This document shows, piece after piece, positions 57,293-64,000 of a stretch of 64,000 nucleotides of DNA. Position 1 is the stretch's first letter. Each line of letters starts with the position of its first letter. Origin of the DNA: an uncultured Lachnobacterium sp. (GTDB lineage Bacteria > Bacillota > Clostridia > Lachnospirales > Lachnospiraceae); the NCBI GenBank assembly GCA_964614035.1, contig CAZTKM010000005.1, positions 10,028-74,027 on the forward strand, read 5' to 3'. The translations under genes and the position numbers were made by a program. Below the pieces are notes generated by a model, which was given only the letters and a program-made list of their open reading frames with translations, was not told the DNA's origin and did no database searches.

Positions 57293-60200
57293 TCATTCCG
57301 ATTTGGCGTGTAAACTGCTATATATCTCTATATTCCGCTCCGCTGTCTTACCATAGATAAAAAAGTAGTCAATCTGCGCTCCGCCATCCGTATAAATATA
57401 TTGTCCATAGGAGGGAATTCCGCAAAATAAAACGGTCTTTTCAGAGGCCACTCCGATACCGTATCCTTGACTGGAAAGAAGAAGCGGCATACGCATCTGC
57501 ATCGAGCCAAAAGAAATGTATCTTGCCTTTAAACTTACATCCGCCAGATCATCTTTCAGAATCCCCTTGGATTTTAATTTTTCCTTTTTGTCAAACTCAA
57601 AGAAACTCCATGCCTCCTCGCCCTCGATCAGCCGGGGATTATCGGTTTTCTCCGATAAGAGAACTTTTCTGTCCGGGGATAAGAAACGGATTGCTCCATC
57701 CTTTTTCTCAATGCGGACAAGCAGCTTCTTTGTTGCAACTTCAACCGCCAAAGGAGATTCCTTCGCCGTCCACTTTAGTCCGTCCCGCGGTCCGGCATTC
57801 CATGTGCTATTCTGCGGTCTGCCCATCTGCCCTTTGACGAAGGTCACATGCACACATTCTTCTGATACCGGCGTAATGCTTAATACTCCATATCTGCTTG
57901 TCACATCCGCTCCTGTTTTTGTTTTCTTTACCCAGCGCACCGCACAGTCTGCTTTTGCATGGCCTTTTACGGTGAGGGCATGGGGATCCGGCGTCTCTCC
58001 GTACCTGTAGATTGACGGATTCACACGCTCCTTATCTCCGGAAGATTTTTGGGGAGCCGGCGCGGCGGCAGGCATATCCTTGTTCTTCGGAAGCTGGGCT
58101 GCTTTTAGTACAATCCGCTTCGGCCCGATATCCTTCCGCACATTCATATCGCGGTGGCCTTCAACCTTCCGCTCCTCGATTTCTTCTCTCTTTGTCTGCT
58201 TCTTTCTTACAACCTCTTCCTCCGCGGTCTCCGCCGCAAACTCCTCCATATGCTTTTCTTCCGGTGCCTTTGTCGCTATCAACGGCGTCAGGTTTCCTCT
58301 ATGAAGAACCGCAAGCTCATGGAGCGCCCGCGTTGCCGCCACATACAGCATTTTCACATGGCCGTTATCTGTCGGATACTTCCTTTCAGACGGATCAAAA
58401 ATGAGCGCCGCATCAAATTCCAGTCCCTTGGTGTAAGCAACCGGAAGAACCATTACCCCGCTTCCGAATTCCGCGGATTTCAAATCCACGTCTTTAATCT
58501 TAATAAACTTTTTTAATTCCGCCGATACATCCGCTGTCTCTTCCTCATCCCGGCATATTACCGCAATGGTCCCATATCCGTCTTCCTGCCATCCCATAAT
58601 CGTCCCGGCAGCCTTTGCGACAAGCTCTTTTTTATCTTTCTGCCCAAAGATTTGAACCGCTTTCCCATGCCGGATGATCGGCTCGACCGGATAAATCGAA
58701 AAATCTCCATGACGCAGGATTTCTGTGGCAAACTCCGAAATTTCAACGGTGTTCCGGTAAGATTTCCGAAGCAGGCAGAATTTGTCGTTTTTTCCTGTCA
58801 GAATCAATTTCCGAAGCTCGTCCCAATCATTCAAGCCGTATTCAAAATGAATGTTCTGCGACGTATCTCCCATGATTGTGTACGTACACCCTCTGATGCA
58901 GTAGTGCAGACACTGGTACGCCATCATGCCGAAATCCTGCGCTTCATCAATCACAAGGTGAGTCGCCTCGCGGATTGGATCAATCTCCTTGATTCTCTTG
59001 TACAGATATGCAAGCGCCGCAAGATCATACACGTCAAAGGAATTTTCCGGGAGATCAATGTCATATCCGGCCGCAATCTGCTGCATAAGAAAACAATTGT
59101 AGAGCTCATAAACCGACCCCTTCCATTCCTCCTTGCCAAAATGAAAGCGATACTTGTTTTCCATTGCCTTTTTCTCTTTCGCAGTAAAGGAAACATTCTT
59201 GCCGAACACTTCATTCTCGTACTTCGAATACAGAATTTCATTTAGCATCAGGCGCTTGTTCTGCATGGACATCCCCGGATTCTCCTTTAAATATGCCTCA
59301 ATCAACGCGCGTCCCAGCAGAAGCTTACCTGTCTTTTCCATGTATACCGGCTCATGTGAAATATGATCGCGTTCATACCGCACACAGAAGCTTTCCAATT
59401 CTTTAAACCATTTTTGAATTCCCTTAACACAGTTTCGCTTATCATTCTTATCCAGACTGTGGTATGTATAGCTTCTGCCGTCCCAGTCTTCATAGAGCAG
59501 GCGGATAAAAAGCTGCTCCATGGTCATCTGCCTTACACCGTATACATCAAGCTCCGGCAGCACTCCGGTAATATAGTTGAGAAGAATCCGGTTGCTTCCG
59601 ATGATATAAAAATCCTCCGTTCTGAAATCCTTCCCATAATTATAAAGAATATAAGATATGCGGTGCATTGCCACCGTCGTCTTCCCCGAACCCGCAACCC
59701 CCTGTACAATCAGGTTTGTCTTGGGAGAGCGCCGGATGATTCTGTTCTGCTCCTTCTGAATCGTAGCAATGATTTCCCCGAGCACTTCTGTCTTATTCTT
59801 TGACAGATACTTTGTCAGAAGCTCATCATTTGCTGCCACGTCAAGATCATAAAAGTCCTTGAGGCGGTCGTCCTCGATTTCGTAGCTTCTTTTCCGCTTC
59901 AAATCAATCTCAAAGGTGCCTTCCGCGCTTACGGTGTAGGTTCCCTTTCCCATGGCGTTCTCGTAATAGACCGAAGCCACCGGGGTTCTCCAGTCAATTA
60001 CTGCAGGTTCTTTTTCTGCTCTTGCAATTCCGACCCGGCCGATGTAGTAAGCCTCGTCCTGCTTTCCGTTGGCATCACGAAAATCAATTCGTCCGAAGTA
60101 CGGTTTCTTTCTTGCCTTCTCGTAACGCGACAGGCTGCCTGCCGTCTCCCTTAGCTGCGCCTTAGCATTATTCCAAAGCAGCAGACTGTCTTTTTCGCCG

Positions 60201-60373
60201 GAACTGTTTACTTCCTCCATGAGGGCATCCACTTCTTCTTTCAGTTTTCGAATACCCTCTCTTTCCCGATCGAGATTGGTCTGCGCCAATTGGATGGTGT
60301 CAGAAAGATACCGTTCTTCGTCCTCTCTGGAAGTCCCGGGAATTGCCCGGAAATTCTGTCTTTTACCGCTCAT
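57293..60373 (-). CDS. HelD-like SF1 ATPase (RNAP recycling family) fused to a GH31 N-terminal beta-sandwich domain
   Basis: KPYFGRIDF, YIGRVG, IDWRTP, IIATIQKEQN, GVAGSGKT, DEAQD, KSYRNT, KGLEFD, LYVAATRA; C-terminal GVLSITP...GAIRF...VLLSE...MPLLLSSQGYGI...IDYFFIYG. Confidence 0.85.
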   Translation of the reverse strand: MSGKRQNFRAIPGTSREDEERYLSDTIQLAQTNLDREREGIRKLKEEVDALMEEVNSSGEKDSLLLWNNAKAQLRETAGSLSRYEKARKKPYFGRIDFRDANGKQDEAYYIGRVGIARAEKEPAVIDWRTPVASVYYENAMGKGTYTVSAEGTFEIDLKRKRSYEIEDDRLKDFYDLDVAANDELLTKYLSKNKTEVLGEIIATIQKEQNRIIRRSPKTNLIVQGVAGSGKTTVAMHRISYILYNYGKDFRTEDFYIIGSNRILLNYITGVLPELDVYGVRQMTMEQLFIRLLYEDWDGRSYTYHSLDKNDKRNCVKGIQKWFKELESFCVRYERDHISHEPVYMEKTGKLLLGRALIEAYLKENPGMSMQNKRLMLNEILYSKYENEVFGKNVSFTAKEKKAMENKYRFHFGKEEWKGSVYELYNCFLMQQIAAGYDIDLPENSFDVYDLAALAYLYKRIKEIDPIREATHLVIDEAQDFGMMAYQCLHYCIRGCTYTIMGDTSQNIHFEYGLNDWDELRKLILTGKNDKFCLLRKSYRNTVEISEFATEILRHGDFSIYPVEPIIRHGKAVQIFGQKDKKELVAKAAGTIMGWQEDGYGTIAVICRDEEETADVSAELKKFIKIKDVDLKSAEFGSGVMVLPVAYTKGLEFDAALIFDPSERKYPTDNGHVKMLYVAATRALHELAVLHRGNLTPLIATKAPEEKHMEEFAAETAEEEVVRKKQTKREEIEERKVEGHRDMNVRKDIGPKRIVLKAAQLPKNKDMPAAAPAPQKSSGDKERVNPSIYRYGETPDPHALTVKGHAKADCAVRWVKKTKTGADVTSRYGVLSITPVSEECVHVTFVKGQMGRPQNSTWNAGPRDGLKWTAKESPLAVEVATKKLLVRIEKKDGAIRFLSPDRKVLLSEKTDNPRLIEGEEAWSFFEFDKKEKLKSKGILKDDLADVSLKARYISFGSMQMRMPLLLSSQGYGIGVASEKTVLFCGIPSYGQYIYTDGGAQIDYFFIYGKTAERNIEIYSSLHAKSE

Positions 60374-60436
60374 CCTATCCCCCTTTTGCTCCAAAATTTT
60401 TCTGCCATGAATTCCCTTGCCTATCACTTATAGCAC

Positions 60437-60796
60437 TCAACCGATTGCAGCATGATTCTCCAGTTCTTTGTATAATTTTTCCGGAGACCACATCACATTT
60501 GCCGGTGTGAGTACCGCTTTTCTACGGATCGGCGCAATTTGCGCCTTCCTATATGCAGCAAGAAACAGATCCAATGTATCCGAATCCATTCCCGAGAAAA
60601 CCATCATCTCGTCTTCAAACTCTCTACCTGTATACCCGGCATTGCTTTTCATTCCGGTAATATTTGCCAATGCACCTAACGTCTTGCCGTAATCGGACTT
60701 TGGCACCAAAACAGGCGTATGATTCTGTTGTTTACATAAATTGATAATCTGGCTGGACTTAAATATATTCACATGAAAAAGTAAAACGACACCCAT
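60437..60796 (-). CDS. DUF3783-family protein
   Basis: YGKTLGAL, EMMVFSG...LDLFL, KAVLTPANVMW...LYKEL. Confidence 0.8.
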   Translation of the reverse strand: MGVVLLFHVNIFKSSQIINLCKQQNHTPVLVPKSDYGKTLGALANITGMKSNAGYTGREFEDEMMVFSGMDSDTLDLFLAAYRKAQIAPIRRKAVLTPANVMWSPEKLYKELENHAAIG

Positions 60797-60815
60797 AGTT
60801 ATGCTCCTGATAAAT

Positions 60816-61085
60816 TTATTCGTTTGATGCTCCTGCCATAATTCTTCCGTATCGCTGCAGGTAATTTTCCAGATACCCGAAAGAAGGTGCCCTTCCTGTC
60901 AGAGCACCTTCTTTCAATTACTTATTCCTCTACAATTCTCTTCTCAAAGTCCGCAATGGCTTCTGCCCTTGCGGCACATTTCAGCCATCACGACAGTATA
61001 GCCTCGTCCTTCTGGTTTACAAAGTAAATCAGCCTGCCATGGTTCTCCTTTTGCTATATGCCGGCATAGTTGTCACAGGAAAAAA
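60816..61085 (-). pseudogene. Short coding remnants flanking a terminator
   Basis: ...AEAIADFEKRIVEE* (stop 60922-60924), terminator, then GYLENYLQRYGRIMAGASNE* (stop 60816-60818) with no start. Confidence 0.4.
60879..60915. terminator. Intrinsic terminator
   Basis: GAAAGAAGGTGC / GCACCTTCTTTC, 12-bp inverted repeat. Confidence 0.7.
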
Positions 61086-61174
61086 CACAGCATTCTTTCT
61101 CATATTATTTTAGCATCACATGATTCTGAATGCAATGCGCTTTTGGGCGTTAGCAATTCAAATTTTTATCCGAT

Positions 61175-61210
61175 AAAAAGGGTATACCGGATTGCTCCGG
61201 CATACCCTTT
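61175..61210 (-). terminator. Rubrerythrin terminator
   Basis: AAAGGGTATGCCGG / CCGGTATACCCTTT followed by a T-run. Confidence 0.8.
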
Positions 61211-61245
61211 GAATCTTTCAAACATAAATCTGCGGCATTACGAAT

Positions 61246-61833
61246 TTAGCCGAAGTATCTCTTGAGAAGTCCCTCAAGCGCTCTGCCATGTCTTGCCTCA
61301 TCGCGAGCCATCTCATGTACGGTGTCATGGATTGCATCAAGGTTATTCTTCTTTGCACACTTTGCGAGATCTGTCTTTCCTGCTGTTGCGCCGTACTCGC
61401 AGTCAACTCTCCATGCAAGATTCTTCTTTGTAGAGTTTGTCATATTGCCCTCTAAATCAGAACCGAGCATCTCCGCAAACTTAGCAGCGTGCTCTGCCTC
61501 TTCATATGCGGCTTTCTCCCAGTATAAACCGATTTCCGGATAACCTTCACGATGGGCAACTCTTGCCATGCAAAGATACATACCAACCTCTGAACACTCG
61601 CCCTCGAAATTAGCCTTTAACTGTTCAAAGATATATTTCTTGTCTTCCTCACTGATGTCTTTGTTATTCTTTACTGTGGACGCATATACGCCAAACTCAT
61701 GCTCGGCTGCAAGTGTAAGATCTCCCTCGACCTTTTTGAACTTGTCAGCACCTACATGACATACCGGACACTCTGCCGGAGCAGCGTCTCCCTCATACAC
61801 ATAGCCACATACAGAACATACCCATTTTGACAT
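61246..61833 (-). CDS. Reverse rubrerythrin (NADH peroxidase)
   Basis: N-terminal rubredoxin WVCSVCGY...CPVC; diiron motifs GECSE, EEAEHA, DEARHG. Confidence 0.93.
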   Translation of the reverse strand: MSKWVCSVCGYVYEGDAAPAECPVCHVGADKFKKVEGDLTLAAEHEFGVYASTVKNNKDISEEDKKYIFEQLKANFEGECSEVGMYLCMARVAHREGYPEIGLYWEKAAYEEAEHAAKFAEMLGSDLEGNMTNSTKKNLAWRVDCEYGATAGKTDLAKCAKKNNLDAIHDTVHEMARDEARHGRALEGLLKRYFG

Positions 61834-61869
61834 TTTAAAATCCTCCTTTAAATTTTTGCTTTGTTGGTT

Positions 61870-62253
61870 TTATTTATTTGAAAGGCATTTCTTACATGTT
61901 CCGAAGAACTGCAATTCATATTCTTCAATTTCTCCATCGAAATCTTCTGACGCTCTCTCTGCGATATTCTCGGCCGGAATATAATCCATATCCAAAACAT
62001 TTCCACAAACCCTGCAAATAAAATGATTGTGCAGGTTTGTAAATCCGTCGAACCGATCCGGGCCTGTTCCTGTTGAAATCTTTAGAATCTGACCGTTCTC
62101 TGCCAAAAAGGAAAGATTTCTATAGACCGTACCTAAGCTGATATTCGGCAGCTCCTTCCGAACACTCTGATAAACCATATCCGCCGTCGGATGATCCTTT
62201 CGACTTTGTAAATTTTTTAGAATGCACTCTCTTTGTCTTGAATATTTTACCAT
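61870..62253 (-). CDS. perR: Fur-family peroxide regulator (PerR-like)
   Basis: HPTAD, SLGTVYRNL, RFDG...HNHFICRVC, CKKC; upstream of reverse rubrerythrin. Confidence 0.85.
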   Translation of the reverse strand: MVKYSRQRECILKNLQSRKDHPTADMVYQSVRKELPNISLGTVYRNLSFLAENGQILKISTGTGPDRFDGFTNLHNHFICRVCGNVLDMDYIPAENIAERASEDFDGEIEEYELQFFGTCKKCLSNK

Positions 62254-62268
62254 AAAGCATCTCTTTCA

Positions 62269-62321
62269 ATAATAGTAACAGTTACTATTATCAATATACT
62301 TGCTTTATGTTCATTTGTCAA
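62269..62321 (-). promoter_or_regulatory. SigA promoter with a PerR/Fur-type operator
   Basis: TTGACA (62321-62316), 17 nt, TATATT (62298-62293); perfect 11-1-11 palindrome ATAATAGTAAC-A-GTTACTATTAT (62269-62291) over +1. Confidence 0.82.
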
Positions 62322-62338
62322 TAGAATATTTTCATTTT

Positions 62339-63451
62339 CTATATAATAATTTTTTCTGCAAGAGTACAGATATCCGCCGCGGCGTTCTGATTGATGTATT
62401 TACGCTGCATTTCGACCATATTGTTATACGCCCGGTCATCGTCAAGCAGCTTCCTAAGCGCCTCCACAATGTCGTCAATGGATTTGCAGGAAATACTCAT
62501 TCCATATTTGCTGAAATATCTTGCGTTATGCGTCTCACAGCCCGGTATCGCGCCGGTATGCAATATCGGAATTCCCGATACCGCCGCTTCCGTTGAGGAA
62601 AGTCCACCCGGTTTCGTAATAAATATGTCCGCCGCTTTCATATAATGGTCCATATCCTCTATATATCCGATAACCGTTACCCGGTCTGTCCTTTTGTCTG
62701 TCATTTTTTCATACAAATCGGCATTGCTTCCGCACACAATAATCAGTTCGGTATCTTCAAACAACTCCAATTTTTCAATCAGCTGCCGGATGACTTTCTC
62801 AATCTCGCCGCCTCCCATACTGCCGCCGGCAAGCAGAATATATTTTTTATCCGGCTGCAATCCCAATTGCCGTTTAACCTCGGAACGGTCTTTTGCAACC
62901 GCAAATTTGCTTTGCGTCGGAATCCCCAGAGGATATAACTTTTTCTGCGGAATTCCCCTCCTGACATAATCATCTTCCAGATCCGGGGCAGGAATCACAT
63001 AAGCGTCACAGTCCGTCTCCTCCGTAAATGGGATACAGACATAATCGGTCGCCACAAACAGCGTCTTCGGTATCTGCATGCCATGGTTCTTCATATTGGT
63101 AAAAATCTCTGCCGGAAAAAGATGCGTTGTTATCATGATATCCACCGGATTTTTCTTCAGATAGTCCTGTATGACTGATATCAGCGCATGGTTGGCAAAA
63201 TACACCGGCGAGCGAAACGGCAGCCGCCGATAGCCGTTTCCGATACTGTAAATAGCTCCAAATGCGTGTGGCGCCGATTGGGCAAAAGATATATAAGTTT
63301 TGTCAACCGCACCGGCAAGCCAGTCGTTCTGAAGCGTATAAGGGTTCAGCATTACGGCGCGGTGCCCCCTCTTTTCCAATTCCTCGAGAATGGCCTTTCC
63401 GGCAGAATTGTGTCCGCCGCCTGTTCCGCAGGAGAGTATTAATGCATCCAT
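62339..63451 (-). CDS. MGDG-synthase/UgtP-family glycosyltransferase (GT28)
   Basis: GGGHNSA, TTHLFP, ATDY, GGSMGGG, ITKPGGLSSTEA, IPGCETHN. Confidence 0.9.
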   Translation of the reverse strand: MDALILSCGTGGGHNSAGKAILEELEKRGHRAVMLNPYTLQNDWLAGAVDKTYISFAQSAPHAFGAIYSIGNGYRRLPFRSPVYFANHALISVIQDYLKKNPVDIMITTHLFPAEIFTNMKNHGMQIPKTLFVATDYVCIPFTEETDCDAYVIPAPDLEDDYVRRGIPQKKLYPLGIPTQSKFAVAKDRSEVKRQLGLQPDKKYILLAGGSMGGGEIEKVIRQLIEKLELFEDTELIIVCGSNADLYEKMTDKRTDRVTVIGYIEDMDHYMKAADIFITKPGGLSSTEAAVSGIPILHTGAIPGCETHNARYFSKYGMSISCKSIDDIVEALRKLLDDDRAYNNMVEMQRKYINQNAAADICTLAEKIII

Positions 63452-63999
63452 AAAAGTTCCACCCTCATTTTTTCCTTTTCTTCCTTGCTCGCAAACATGC
63501 GGATACTGACAAGCGCTGTGATGATTGCAAACCCCACAAATACGGCAGGGCTGTCAACCGCAACCACAATCCCTGCCAGCGAACCGAAATAGGCCATCAA
63601 TGTCCGATAAAAATGCGGTTTAATCCGCAATATGGTTGAAAAGGAAATAAAAAGTACAGCCAGTACGGCAAAAGGCTGCCATACCGGTAATAGTCCCAGC
63701 AGACATCCGAATGTCGTTGCGATTCCTTTTCCTCCCTTGAATTTAAAAAACATAGGAAATACATGACCGGCAACCGGAGCCGCAAGAACCAGCCCAAGAC
63801 CTGCCAAAGCAAGGTTCTCATTATTGCAATAACTTATGTATAGCCAGACAGGGAAAAAACCCTTTAGTATATCACAGGTCAATGTGCACAATCCGCACCA
63901 GAAACCTCCATACATAAACGCATTTGCCGTACCCGGATTCTGGTCTTTACTTTTTTCGATAATATTATCTTTCTTCATCAGCCTTGCAAAAAGCCTGGC
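63439..63999 (-). CDS. plsY: Glycerol-3-phosphate acyltransferase PlsY (5' end outside the window)
   Basis: NPGTAN, DILKG, GHVFP...FKGGKGIAT; frame stays open to the window edge. Confidence 0.85.
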   Translation of the reverse strand, partial: ARLFARLMKKDNIIEKSKDQNPGTANAFMYGGFWCGLCTLTCDILKGFFPVWLYISYCNNENLALAGLGLVLAAPVAGHVFPMFFKFKGGKGIATTFGCLLGLLPVWQPFAVLAVLFISFSTILRIKPHFYRTLMAYFGSLAGIVVAVDSPAVFVGFAIITALVSIRMFASKEEKEKMRVELLWMH

Positions 64000-64000
64000 A

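Noticed and set aside
60374-60440. Rifamycin-associated element upstream of a HelR-like gene
   Set aside because: No such palindrome is visible, so a rifamycin-resistance role is unsupported

Overview
A mostly core-genome window from a Bacillota (Firmicutes) bacterium. Gene content and synteny (murB-rapZ-whiA-HPr, GSIII/Amt-PII, DUF6465/DUF6472/DUF3783/DUF4250-like genes, reverse rubrerythrin) suggest Lachnospiraceae/Clostridia; this is inference. It holds about 60 intact CDS, mostly on the minus strand, plus tRNA-Gln(CUG) and tRNA-Gly(UCC). I saw no rRNA, CRISPR-cas locus, integrase, transposase or intact prophage. The most notable observations are: (1) a HelD-like SF1 RNAP-recycling ATPase fused to the non-catalytic N-terminal beta-sandwich of GH31 glycosidases; (2) at least six 'collapsed' gene or operon remnants made of short, ordered fragments joined by multiple internal deletions; (3) a candidate anti-Shine-Dalgarno sRNA with a sporulation-type promoter and terminator; (4) leader terminators before glnA, amt and the glycerol-3-phosphate dehydrogenase operon; (5) two HPr paralogs with reciprocal active-site changes; (6) small palindromic and direct-repeat elements, a probable leaderless nth mRNA and a probable AUC start for an ECF sigma factor. 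All family calls come from motif recognition by eye; no database searches were run.
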